NCBI GenBank assembly: GCA_964016885.1
Contig: OZ024743.1
Span: 232,624,001-232,688,000, forward strand
Source of the DNA: Eledone cirrhosa
Lineage: Eukaryota
Direction of reading: 5' to 3'
Length of the DNA stretch: 64,000 nucleotides
Shown: piece by piece, positions 1-12,455 of the stretch
How positions within the stretch are numbered: the stretch's first letter is position 1
How the letters are laid out: the number at the start of each line of letters is the position of its first letter
Notes under the pieces: model-generated
The model's input: only the letters and a program-made list of their open reading frames with translations
What the model was told of the DNA's origin: nothing
The model's database searches: none
Program-made: the position numbers and the translations under genes

Positions 1-205
1 TAATATAGACGTATATATACATTTCTAAGTTGCCCCCTAGAATATATATTTTTTAAATATCGGAATCAAGTGCTCTTGCTGAGCTCATGCTGGAGCACTA
101 CCATTAATGCATTACAGAAACACACCAAACAAATACAAAATTTATTAAATAGAAAGAAAACTGTTACTGTTCTAAAATCTGTTCTTGTATTCGCATAAAA
201 AAATA

Positions 206-252
206 ACGGCAGACGCCAATGTTTCTGGGTGATAACTCTCCATCAGTCCCGT
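206..252 (-). ncRNA. Degenerate type I hammerhead-like motif
   Basis: Minus strand reads acggga-CTGATGG-agagttatcaccca-GAAAC-attggc-GTC-tgccgt. Stem I pairs at 5/6 positions. The core has A9>G and stem II is poor. Confidence 0.4.
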
Positions 253-374
253 ATACTGCTTACCTGACAACACAAGAGCAAGAATGACAAGGTCATTCCA
301 CTCACATTTAAAGAGGCTGTTTCCATAATTGCAAACGAATGGAATACTATTATCAATATTCGAAAAATTCAGAT

Positions 375-770
<396 letters not shown>

Positions 771-1117
771 ATGAAAATAGAAAGAAAACAAGAAGTGACC
801 AGAGATGATATTGCTGCAACAACTTGAAAGTGTTTACATTGCATTAGTTTTGTGAAACTCATTAGCGCCATACAAGTCGATGTATAATTAAAAAGCAATG
901 AGCTGAAAGGAAACAAAACAAAAACAACAAAGAACAACAAAATCGAAAAACCATTTTCTTGTAGTAATTGGTTTCATTCCTTGCTGGTAGATCGAATTTA
1001 TAATCGAATCAAATGTCGTTTCACCAAGATTTATAAATCAATCAAAGATGTTTTGAAATAAGAAAATTTATCTTTCAGTTAAATGAAATATGTTTGTAAT
1101 AATATATAATTCACCGT

Positions 1118-1348
1118 CATATATATTTATATATATATATATATATATATAACACATGTGTCTGTTTGTGTGTGTGTGCGTGCATGTGTCTGTGTGTGTG
1201 TCTTTGTGTTTGTGTGTGTGTGTGTGTGTGTGTATGTATATAGATAGATAAATATTGATGCAGGTGTGGAGGTTTATGTGTAAATTTTCTAACTAATATG
1301 ATGATAACAAGTCTGATATATTTTCAATTTCGGGTAAGAAATGGATAG

Positions 1349-1437
<89 letters not shown>

Positions 1438-1595
1438 CACATACATATACATATATATATATACATATATATATGTATATATGTATATATTTGTGTATAT
1501 ATATATATATATATACATACATATATATATGTGCGTGAATGTGTATGCGTGTGTGTGTATCCGTGTGTGTGTGTCTGTGTCTGTGTGTATGTGTT
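1118..1595. repeat. (TA)n/(TG)n compound microsatellites
   Basis: Direct inspection. Confidence 0.9.
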
Positions 1596-1833
1596 TACTA
1601 TTTTAAATTTACCTATGAAGCGGCTTACTATATATAGAGTGTATTTACTATATATAGAGTGTATATTGAGAATATTCAAACCTATACAGACTCACATACA
1701 AACACAGAGAAGCACTGCAATATCAAACTCCATCATCCACGAATGGCAAGCCAAGGAGAGTGTGGTCTAGAAAGTGTAGCTATTACAGCGATGCTCCAGT
1801 ATGGCAACGGCCCATGGATTCGAATAGGCTAAA

Positions 1834-2024
1834 TAATTGTTTCTACTTTTGGTACAAGGCCAGCAATTACACAGTGCATTACTGGTACTTTATTCTATCG
1901 ACCCAGTAAAGATGAAAGGCAATGTTAACCTCGGCGGGATTTTAACTCAGAATGGCAAGGGCCGTAACTCTATGCATCAAAGTATGGCGTCCGACCCTCT
2001 ACTGATACTGCCAATCCACCGCCC
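1834..2024 (-). mobile_element. tRNA-derived SINE (family A), full length, with TSD
   Basis: Head gggcggtggattggcagtatc, B-box-like segment, core gcctttcatc...gtcgata...agtaccag and tail gtagaaacaatta. TSD taggctaaataa at 1825-1836 and 2025-2036. Confidence 0.9.
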
Positions 2025-2046
2025 TAGGCTAAATAAAGTATGTATA

Positions 2047-2230
2047 TAATTGTTTCTACTTTTGGCACAAGGCCAGCAATTATCCAGTACATTACTGGTA
2101 CTTTATTTTATCGACCCCGTAAGGATGAAAGGCAAAGTTAACCTCGGCGGGATTTGAACACAGACGATAAAGGGACGTAACTATGCTGGAAAGCATGGCG
2201 TCCGACTCTCTACTGATACTGCCAATCCAC
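2047..2230 (-). mobile_element. SINE family A copy with TSD
   Basis: Same consensus as 1834-2024. TSD gtatataat on both sides. Confidence 0.9.
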
Positions 2231-2437
2231 GTATATAATGCTGTGCGCTAAGGAGTTGAAGTATATCTACATACATACCTGTATTTTTATAAATATACAG
2301 TTATCATAATATTGGTGTATATATATATATATACATATCAACTAGAAATTGATTGACATATTTATATATTGTGCATGTCATATACATATGGATATGGCGC
2401 ATGTCTCTCAGACATGACACTCTTAATTTAATTTTGG

Positions 2438-2497
<60 letters not shown>

Positions 2498-2659
2498 GTA
2501 TATGTATGTGTGTGTGTGTGTGTGCGTGTGTGTGTTTTAAAATGCGAATGCATATTTCTCTATATTCGTAGTAGTTTTATACAAATACATTTAATTTAGC
2601 AAACTAAAGAAAAAGGATTTTTTTTCCTCAGGAAACAGAAAACTAAATACAGCATATTG

Positions 2660-2676
2660 CTTCTCTCTCTCTCTCT

Positions 2677-2762
<86 letters not shown>

Positions 2763-2800
2763 TCTCTCTCTGTATATATATATATATATATATATATAGA
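2660..2800. repeat. (CT)n(TA)n microsatellite
   Basis: Direct inspection. Confidence 0.95.
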
Positions 2801-3029
2801 TATAGGTAAAGTAAGATATTTAGTCGTATGTAGCTAATATAGGAGAATACAGATTGCCAAATAGTTTTACAAAAAAATCAATGAGTTTATGTAGTTATCG
2901 ATGGAAGATATAAGAGATATTCTTAAAGTTAAAAAAACCCCAGAAAGATTGATGTAAACACAAAGCATATCCGACCAGAGAGAATGAAAAGATAAAGTTT
3001 TTATTTCATTTATTGCTTTACTATTGTTT

Positions 3030-3225
3030 CGTCTTGCGGTCGTGCCCTTGGCAGTGGAGACTTCTGGTGTCCTTGGCCCTAGGGCTACCTCCCTATTCAC
3101 CACCATAGGCGCGAAGCTGGCCAGACGCTGGTGTGAGCCTCGCGAGATGGAATGGCTCTTCCACCGCTTCTCCCTTACCCCCTCCAGGGAAACGCCTTCT
3201 CCATCCTGTCCGCCGGGTTGTGGGG
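3030..3225 (+). mobile_element. 3' remnant of a CRE-like non-LTR retrotransposon (end of restriction-like endonuclease domain)
   Basis: GC-rich island translating VPLAVETSGVLGPRATSLFTTIGAKLARRWCEPREMEWLFHRFSL, then after a frameshift LQGNAFSILSA. This matches the P.AVET.G..G / RLS..LQRGNA.SIL terminus recalled for CRE-clade ORFs. Confidence 0.7.
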
Positions 3226-3624
3226 AGGCCAGCACGTGGGACCCCATTTGCTCACCATATGGATTAAGACATATAACCTCTCTTTTTCTTTTATTTACTC
3301 TTTTACAACCGATTATTACATGGTTTGGTTTAAATTCAAGATGGAATATATATGAGTAAAACATGTGTATAAAGTAAGGCAATGCTTCGTCAGAAGAAAT
3401 AAAAAAAAAATACGCTGAGGACAAGATGTAGGGTATTGGATGTTACATTTCAACATGTACACACAACAGGTTATATTAAAATGTATGTTCATACTAAAAT
3501 AGTATGTTCTTCGATGCCACTGCTAGACCGAACGGAAGACGATTGTCATCAAAACACATAGCGTAATGAGGCTGTATGCTTGCAAACGAATCGAATATTA
3601 TTATCATTATTCGATATAAAACGT

Positions 3625-3676
<52 letters not shown>

Positions 3677-4375
3677 TTAAAACATCATTATTTATTCATT
3701 TACAACGAACTGATATTTTTATATGTCCGGGAAATATGACAATTATAATCGAAATTAGTTTCAAATTGCTATTCAGAATACAATTAGTGAATACCTCATC
3801 TTGTATTTTAGGCATGGAAAATTCATACATACACACTGGGGGGAGAGGGAGAGATGGAGGAAAGAGGGGGGAGAGAGTAGAAGAGAGAGAGAGCTAGGGA
3901 AGAGAGATAGAGAGAGTCGGCAGGTGAGAGTATGCATTTCTCTTTCTCCCTCTACGTCTTTCTTTGCAGACACACCTACACACATACATATATACATAAA
4001 TATATACATATATACATATATACGTAAATACATACATATATACATACATACATACATACATACGTACGTACATACATATGTGTTTCTTAAGGGAGATAGG
4101 TAGGTGAGACAGAGGGGGTAACACCTGTGTATATAAACATCTCTCTTTTTCTCTATCACCTTTACCTATTTTCTAGCTATTTCTCAATTACATAGGAAAT
4201 ACTAACCACGTACAGCAATATATACATTACACACACAAGATATACATACATATATACTTACACACACACACACACACATATATATATATGTATATATATG
4301 TGCGCGTGTGTGTGTGTGTGTGTGTGTATGTGTCTGTGTGCGCGTGTGTGTGTGTGTGCGTGTGTGTGTGTGTGA

Positions 4376-4536
4376 AATCCGTTATAACAAAATTCACGGG
4401 GTATGAAAAGAAATTCGTTGTAACGAAAAATTCTTTATAACGAGATCGATCTAACATCAAGCCTGTGGCTGGGGATTGAAAAAGATTTCGTTATAGTGAA
4501 AAATTCGCTCTCATGATATTCGTGATAACGAAATTT
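4376..4536. mobile_element. Degenerate Tc1/mariner(Tigger)-like MITE
   Basis: About six variants of the palindromic unit ttcgttataacgaa in 160 bp. Termini are eroded. Confidence 0.55.
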
Positions 4537-4586
4537 TTCCTGATGAGTCCCAGGTTCAATCGGGAGTAACCACAGTAAGTAAGGAA
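4535..4586 (+). ncRNA. Degenerate hammerhead motif
   Basis: CTGATGA-gtccc-aggttcaatc-ggga-GTAAC (mutated GAAAC). Stem II tccc/ggga. Confidence 0.4.
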
Positions 4587-4744
4587 CTCAATACATTAGT
4601 AGAGTGTAAACATAATAATTAATATGGAAATGGCTTCTCCAAGACATAATGAGGAAATGGCTTTCCTGATGATTACTTTTGAATTATAGTCATGTAGAAG
4701 TCATTTCTACATTGTATATATGTACATATATATATAGGAAAATA

Positions 4745-4806
4745 TTTGACCCCGACAGCAGAGCTCAAGTCATTTCGACGGCTTGAGCTCTGCCGTCGGG
4801 GTCAAA
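4745..4806. repeat. Short fold-back palindrome in (TA)n-flanked insert
   Basis: tttgaccccgacagcagagctcaagtc / ggcttgagctctgccgtcggggtcaaa. Confidence 0.9.
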
Positions 4807-4835
4807 CATCTGGTTCCTTAGCACACCTCCTTCGT

Positions 4836-4870
<35 letters not shown>

Positions 4871-4956
4871 AAAGAAAGTTGGTTGATTGAAAGTCTGCCG
4901 ACCTTTTCATAACAGATGCCAAACACTCCACGGTTTATGTTTATCCGGAGTTTTAT

Positions 4957-5513
4957 TATAGTAATAAACAAGAAAGACGGTCTCACTTATCCATCCCTAT
5001 TTATTTCATTATACGTATTTCGAAGACGTATGTTATTTGTTTAACATCAACCCTACGTGTTCTCATCAGATATAAGTCCACACGCGATGTAAAAATCCGT
5101 TGATATGCCGCCGGTCTTACAAGCTATTCACTTCAGCGACTGGCACGCATATGCCCAAACAAATTTCTAACTGTAGTCCTTATATGGGTGGGAGATATTT
5201 CAGTTGGCGTTCCTGTTTCGATATTTCAGTTGACGTTGCTGTTTGTGAACTGGCTAGCGTTTCAAGTTACCAGCTTGGCCGTTTAATTCTAAGTGAAGCA
5301 TGTATGAACCGTTAGTTCATTTTTTTTTCAGTGGCTGAAGTGAATAGCTCGTACGACCGGCAGCATATCAACAGATTTTTACATCTCGTGTGAACTTTTA
5401 GCTGATGAAAACAAGTAGGGCTGATGTTATATAAATGCCATACGTCTTCGAAATACATATAATAAAATGAATAGGGATGGGCAAGTGGAACCGTCTTTCT
5501 TGTTTATTACTAT
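4957..5513. mobile_element. Inverted-repeat PLE pseudo-LTR-like insert with a hammerhead in each arm
   Basis: Arms about 4957-5142 and 5329-5513 are diverged reverse complements. Each carries CTGATGA...cttcGAAAtac. The insert ends in (TA)n. Confidence 0.8.
5004..5075 (-). ncRNA. Type I hammerhead ribozyme with palindromic stem III
   Basis: ttatat-CTGATGA-gaacacgta...tacgtcttc-GAA-atacgtat-A-atgaaa. Stem II pairs at 8/9 positions and ATACGTAT is self-complementary. A second copy lies on + at about 5396-5466. Confidence 0.7.
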
Positions 5514-5521
5514 ATATATAT

Positions 5522-5753
5522 ATACGAGATAATATAAATTAATATATTTGATAAACACAAATACCAACATATTCATGTTTGTATTGTAAATGACCAAGTT
5601 AGATAGATTGAAATATACTAATAATAATATATATACTAATAGTAATATTATTATTAGTATATTTCAATCTAGCTAACTTGGTCATTTACAATACAAACAT
5701 GAATATGTTGGTATTTGTGTTTATCAAATATATTAATTTATATTATCTTGTAT
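5522..5753. repeat. About 230-bp fold-back palindrome in (TA)n
   Basis: Arms of about 108 bp are nearly perfect reverse complements. The downstream tail tacacggctcagaaa..ctctttctttgag recurs at 34814-34885. Confidence 0.9.
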
Positions 5754-5830
5754 TACACGGCTCAGAAATACTCTTTCTTTGAGCTATTTCATTGTAAAAG
5801 ACTGCCTGAGATTTGAACTCATTATTATTG

Positions 5831-5911
<81 letters not shown>

Positions 5912-5917
<6 letters not shown>

Positions 5918-6043
5918 GAGTTAGGATCCCGACGGCTAAGCTCCGGCCGATTCGACAGCTAGATCCGAACTTACTACTGGCTTAGTTCGGATCTAGCTGT
6001 CGAAACGGCCGGAGTTCAGCCGTCGGGGTCCTGACTCTTCCCT
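5912..6043. repeat. About 130-bp fold-back palindrome
   Basis: cgacagctagatccgaact / agttcggatctagctgtcg inner arms. Shares gccgtcggggtc with 4745-4806. Confidence 0.9.
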
Positions 6044-6128
6044 ATTACCCACACTACTACCCTAAGTATCGAGTACTCTGGTGCGTTATGGTCCACCTGG
6101 TTTCTTACCACACCTTCTTCGTTATATA

Positions 6129-6160
<32 letters not shown>

Positions 6161-6161
<1 letters not shown>

Positions 6162-9100
6162 CACTGATGAGGGACTCATTTTATTACATGTTATCCATGC
6201 GCTACCTGCAGTATTTTTCTCCATATTTTATTACATATATTTACCCAAACTGCGATTCTGTGTTTTTCTCTCTCTCTCTTACTGTTCCCCCATTCTCTCT
6301 GTTTCTCCTACTTTCTTTCGCCCCCTCTGTCATGTCAGTTAGCTCTTCCTCACACTTTCACTCACTCACTGTTTCTCCTCTCTTCGCTTCATCCTGTACA
6401 CGACGAAAGCTATATTTTTCTCTCTTCTCACATGGCCCTCGTTCGTGTCAGGTCTTTTTTCTAAAGCGCTCATATATTCACCTAGCTTATGCTAAACAGA
6501 ATAATTATGAAGCTTGTTTCATTCCCCTATGGTTAGCTATACTCTTCGTTGTTCTCCTGTCTCACTCGCTTTACGCGTTTTAATTGTCCTAATAACTTAT
6601 TTTAGTTATTATTGCACCGACGTGAGGTATATGATTTTTAATGCAATGAAATATCTATGATCGTCGGCAAATCACTGATGAGGGACTCATTTTATTACAT
6701 GTTATCCATGCGCTACCTGCAGTATTTTTCTCCATATTTTATTACATATATTTACCCAAACTGCGATTCTGTGTTTTTCTCTCTCTCTCTTACTGTTCCC
6801 CCATTCTCTCTGTTTCTCCTACTTTCTTTCGCCCCCTCTGTCATGTCAGTTAGCTCTTCCTCACACTTTCATTCACTCACTGTTTCTCCTCTCTTCGCGT
6901 CATCCTGTACACGACGAAAGCTATATTTTTCTCTCTTCTCACATGGCCCTCGTTCGTGTCAGGTCTTTTTTCTAAAGCGCTCATATATTCACCTAGCTTA
7001 TGCTAAACAGAATAATTATGAAGCTTGTTTCATTCCCCTACGGTTAGCTATACTCTTCGTTGTTCTCCTGTCTCACTCGCTTTACGCGTTTTAATTGTCC
7101 TAATAACTTATTTTAGTTATTATTGCACCGACGTGAGGTATATGATTTTTAATGCAATGAAATATCTATGATCGTCGGCAAATCACTGATGAGGGACTCA
7201 TTTTATTACATGTTATCCATGCGCTACCTGCAGTATTTTTCTCCATATTTTATTACATATATTTACCCAAACTGCGATTCTGTGTTTTTCTCTCTCTCTC
7301 TTACTGTTCCCCCATTCTCTCTGTTTCTCCTACTTTCTTTCGCCCCCTCTGTCATGTCAGTTAGCTCTTCCTCACACTTTCACTCACTCACTGTTTCTCC
7401 TCTCTTCGCTTCATCCTGTACACGACGAAAGTTATATTTTTCTCTCTTCTCACATGGCCCTCGTTCGTGTCAGGTCTTTTTTCTAAAGCGCTCATATATT
7501 CACCTAGCTTATGCTAAACAGAATAATTATGAAGCTTGTTTCATTCCCCTACGGTTAGCTATACTCTTCGTTGTTCTCCTGTCTCACTCGCTTTACGCGT
7601 TTTAATTGTCCTAATAACTTATTTTAGTTATTATTGCACCGACGTGAGGTATATGATTTTTAATGCAATGAAATATCTATGATCGTCGGCAAATCACTGA
7701 TGAGGGACTCATTTTATTACATGTTATCCATGCGCTACCTGCAGTATTTTTCTCCATATTTTATTACATATATTTACCCAAACTGCGATTCTGTGTTTTT
7801 CTCTCTCTCTCTTACTGTTCCCCCATTCTCTCTGTTTCTCCTACTTTCTTTCGCCCCCTCTGTCATGTCAGTTAGCTCTTCCTCACACTTTCACTCACTC
7901 ACTGTTTCTCCTCTCTTCGCTTCATCCTGTACACGACGAAAGCTATATTTTTCTCTCTTCTCACATGGCCCTCGTTCGTGTCAGGTCTTTTTTCTAAAGC
8001 GCTCATATATTCACCTAGCTTATGCTAAACAGAATAATTATGAAGCTTGTTTCATTCCCCTATGGTTAGCTATACTCTTCGTTGTTCTCCTGTCTCACTC
8101 GCTTTACGCGTTTTAATTGTCCTAATAACTTATTTTAGTTATTATTGCACCGACGTGAGGTATATGATTTTTAATGCAATGAAATATCTATGATCGTCGG
8201 CAAATCACTGATGAGGGACTCATTTTATTACATGTTATCCATGCGCTACCTGCAGTATTTTTCTCCATATTTTATTACATATATTTACCCAAACTGCGAT
8301 TCTGTGTTTTTCTCTCTCTCTCTTACTGTTCCCCCATTCTCTCTGTTTCTCCTACTTTCTTTCGCCCCCTCTGTCATGTCAGTTAGCTCTTCCTCACACT
8401 TTCATTCACTCACTGTTTCTCCTCTCTTCGCGTCATCCTGTACACGACGAAAGCTATATTTTTCTCTCTTCTCACATGGCCCTCGTTCGTGTCAGGTCTT
8501 TTTTCTAAAGCGCTCATATATTCACCTAGCTTATGCTAAACAGAATAATTATGAAGCTTGTTTCATTCCCCTACGGTTAGCTATACTCTTCGTTGTTCTC
8601 CTGTCTCACTCGCTTTACGCGTTTTAATTGTCCTAATAACTTATTTTAGTTATTATTGCACCGACGTGAGGTATATGATTTTTAATGCAATGAAATATCT
8701 ATGATCGTCGGCAAATCACTGATGAGGGACTCATTTTATTACATGTTATCCATGCGCTACCTGCAGTATTTTTCTCCATATTTTATTACATATATTTACC
8801 CAAACTGCGATTCTGTGTTTTTCTCTCTCTCTCTTACTGTTCCCCCATTCTCTCTGTTTCTCCTACTTTCTTTCGCCCCCTCTGTCATGTCAGTTAGCTC
8901 TTCCTCACACTTTCACTCACTCACTGTTTCTCCTCTCTTCGCTTCATCCTGTACACGACGAAAGTTATATTTTTCTCTCTTCTCACATGGCCCTCGTTCG
9001 TGTCAGGTCTTTTTTCTAAAGCGCTCATATATTCACCTAGCTTATGCTAAACAGAATAATTATGAAGCTTGTTTCATTCCCCTACGGTTAGCTATACTCT

Positions 9101-10788
9101 TCGTTGTTCTCCTGTCTCACTCGCTTTACGCGTTTTAATTGTCCTAATAACTTATTTTAGTTATTATTGCACCGACGTGAGGTATATGATTTTTAATGCA
9201 ATGAAATATCTATGATCGTCGGCAAATCACTGATGAGGGACTCATTTTATTACATGTTATCCATGCGCTACCTGCAGTATTTTTCTCCATATTTTATTAC
9301 ATATATTTACCCAAACTGCGATTCTGTGTTTTTCTCTCTCTCTCTTACTGTTCCCCCATTCTCTCTGTTTCTCCTACTTTCTTTCGCCCCCTCTGTCATG
9401 TCAGTTAGCTCTTCCTCACACTTTCACTCACTCACTGTTTCTCCTCTCTTCGCTTCATCCTGTACACGACGAAAGCTATATTTTTCTCTCTTCTCACATG
9501 GCCCTCGTTCGTGTCAGGTCTTTTTTCTAAAGCGCTCATATATTCACCTAGCTTATGCTAAACAGAATAATTATGAAGCTTGTTTCATTCCCCTATGGTT
9601 AGCTATACTCTTCGTTGTTCTCCTGTCTCACTCGCTTTACGCGTTTTAATTGTCCTAATAACTTATTTTAGTTATTATTGCACCGACGTGAGGTATATGA
9701 TTTTTAATGCAATGAAATATCTATGATCGTCGGCAAATCACTGATGAGGGACTCATTTTATTACATGTTATCCATGCGCTACCTGCAGTATTTTTCTCCA
9801 TATTTTATTACATATATTTACCCAAACTGCGATTCTGTGTTTTTCTCTCTCTCTCTTACTGTTCCCCCATTCTCTCTGTTTCTCCTACTTTCTTTCGCCC
9901 CCTCTGTCATGTCAGTTAGCTCTTCCTCACACTTTCATTCACTCACTGTTTCTCCTCTCTTCGCGTCATCCTGTACACGACGAAAGCTATATTTTTCTCT
10001 CTTCTCACATGGCCCTCGTTCGTGTCAGGTCTTTTTTCTAAAGCGCTCATATATTCACCTAGCTTATGCTAAACAGAATAATTATGAAGCTTGTTTCATT
10101 CCCCTACGGTTAGCTATACTCTTCGTTGTTCTCCTGTCTCACTCGCTTTACGCGTTTTAATTGTCCTAATAACTTATTTTAGTTATTATTGCACCGACGT
10201 GAGGTATATGATTTTTAATGCAATGAAATATCTATGATCGTCGGCAAATCACTGATGAGGGACTCATTTTATTACATGTTATCCATGCGCTACCTGCAGT
10301 ATTTTTCTCCATATTTTATTACATATATTTACCCAAACTGCGATTCTGTGTTTTTCTCTCTCTCTCTTACTGTTCCCCCATTCTCTCTGTTTCTCCTACT
10401 TTCTTTCGCCCCCTCTGTCATGTCAGTTAGCTCTTCCTCACACTTTCACTCACTCACTGTTTCTCCTCTCTTCGCTTCATCCTGTACACGACGAAAGTTA
10501 TATTTTTCTCTCTTCTCACATGGCCCTCGTTCGTGTCAGGTCTTTTTTCTAAAGCGCTCATATATTCACCTAGCTTATGCTAAACAGAATAATTATGAAG
10601 CTTGTTTCATTCCCCTACGGTTAGCTATACTCTTCGTTGTTCTCCTGTCTCACTCGCTTTACGCGTTTTAATTGTCCTAATAACTTATTTTAGTTATTAT
10701 TGCACCGACGTGAGGTATATGATTTTTAATGCAATGAAATATCTATGATCGTCGGCAAATCACTGATGAGGGACTCATTTTATTACAT
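6161..10788 (+). mobile_element. Tandem array of 9 x 511-bp units plus 29-bp terminal redundancy, inserted in (TA)n; retrozyme/PLE pseudo-LTR-like
   Basis: Unit starts at 6161, 6672, 7183, 7694, 8205, 8716, 9227, 9738 and 10249, with partial unit 10760-10788 (tcactgatgagggactcattttattacat). (TA)n on both sides. Each unit contains CTGATGAG and GAAA motifs. The tandem structure is certain; the mobile-element call is inferred. Confidence 0.8.
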
Positions 10789-10815
10789 ATATATATATAT
10801 ATATATATATATCTA

Positions 10816-10886
10816 TTACTGGGGGTAATGTCAAATATTTAGTGTACAGCTGAAATAGACCTGCTTGCATGTATTGAGTGTTCAAG

Positions 10887-10918
<32 letters not shown>

Positions 10919-11126
10919 CATAATCGGAGAAAGCTAATAGCGATACTCCGGCCAAATTCCAACTCACTCAACAAACATTAGGAATTACCTGGGTATATTC
11001 CTAATTAAACGTTCGGGGTGCTAACTAATTGTATTGTGTGGAAAATTGGCTGTATCATTTCATATGAGATATACCAAATATATCCCTTCCCAGACGGACG
11101 TCTCGTTTCATTATAATATTTCTACA

Positions 11127-11163
<37 letters not shown>

Positions 11164-11233
11164 TTGAACACTCAACACGTGCAAGCAGGTCTATTTCAGC
11201 CACACACTAAATATTTGACATTAACCCCAGTAA
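10816..11233. repeat. 73-bp inverted repeat pair enclosing a (TA)n-flanked nested insert
   Basis: 10816-10888 versus 11161-11233 are reverse complements. An unrelated segment of about 215 bp lies between the TA tracts. Confidence 0.85.
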
Positions 11234-11607
11234 CGTCTTCTTTTAAGCAGAAGATACCAGCCTTCATTCCCTGCCAAACCTCTACACCCTAGCCTCACCC
11301 GAGATAACTTAGTATATGCCTTTATACCTTCCTTGATTCTATGAAGAGCCCACTCGAAGACAGCGTTGAATTTGACAATGGCATAGTTCTTCAACAACTA
11401 CATTGCATCATAACTAACCAGATCACATGAAACGTTCATGTAATCCACATCATAAATAGTTGTTACAAATACTGGGCCACCCCATCACTGTTTGTCTCTG
11501 CTAATAACGCATATCTTTGTGTTTGCGTATATTAGCCCATAATATACACATCATCTGATTAATGTTTATATGTATATATTACTTTCGTAAACGAAAAGAG
11601 TACGCTT

Positions 11608-11715
<108 letters not shown>

Positions 11716-11894
11716 CGTGTGTGTGTAATATATAATCATATACATATAAATATATATGTATCTATACATATACATACACTCACGCATATGTGTGTCCGTG
11801 TATGTGTGGTTTCATGTGAAAAATGTTTGTGCCGTGCTGATTATATAACACAATTAGCTCACACTAATCACTAATGAAACACATGTAATAAATA

Positions 11895-11976
11895 TCCATT
11901 TATGGTTTGAAAAAAAAAACATTATATACATATATATATATATATGTATATAATGTTTTTTTTTCAAACCATAAAT

Positions 11977-11979
<3 letters not shown>
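11895..11979. repeat. 85-bp palindrome centred on (TA)n
   Basis: tccatttatggtttgaaaaaaaaaacattatatac / gtatataatgtttttttttcaaaccataaatgga. Confidence 0.9.
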
Positions 11980-12050
<71 letters not shown>

Positions 12051-12116
12051 GTGAGGTTTTTTTTACAAAATGAAAAATAACCGAAGTGTCCTACACGAGT
12101 GAAAGTATGAAGAAAA

Positions 12117-12360
12117 AAAGATGAAATCGAAAATGCAACTGAAGTCTTATTTTTTAAAAAATATATATATTTATTTGGTTCCTTTACCGGTTTCGCAGTT
12201 CTTCTGCTTTTCAAAAGTAGAGTTGAGATGGAGGGTCTGTGGTTTTTCTCCATCTCAACTCTACTTTTGAAAAGCAGAAGAACTGCGAAACCTGTAAAGG
12301 AACCAAATAAATATATATATATTTTTTTAAATAAGACTCCCGCTGCATTTTCGATTTCAT

Positions 12361-12364
<4 letters not shown>
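12117..12364. repeat. About 250-bp fold-back palindrome between (TA)n tracts
   Basis: Arms of about 118 bp with a loop near 12234-12248. Each arm contains gcag-aagaa-ctgc-GAAAc, resembling the stem II/GAAA half of a hammerhead. Confidence 0.9.

Positions 12365-12455
<91 letters not shown>

Noticed and set aside
6396-6420. cgacGAAAgctata as the GAAA half of a conventional type I hammerhead with the unit's CTGATGA
   Set aside because: It lies about 235 nt downstream with no convincing stem II or stem I, and the AGCT palindrome is mutated in every third unit.
6657-10671. Repeated 145-aa ORF in each 511-bp unit as a tandem gene family
   Set aside because: The S/F/L-rich translation comes from CT-rich low-complexity DNA in which stops are naturally rare. 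No recognisable domain is present, and the first unit lacks the start.
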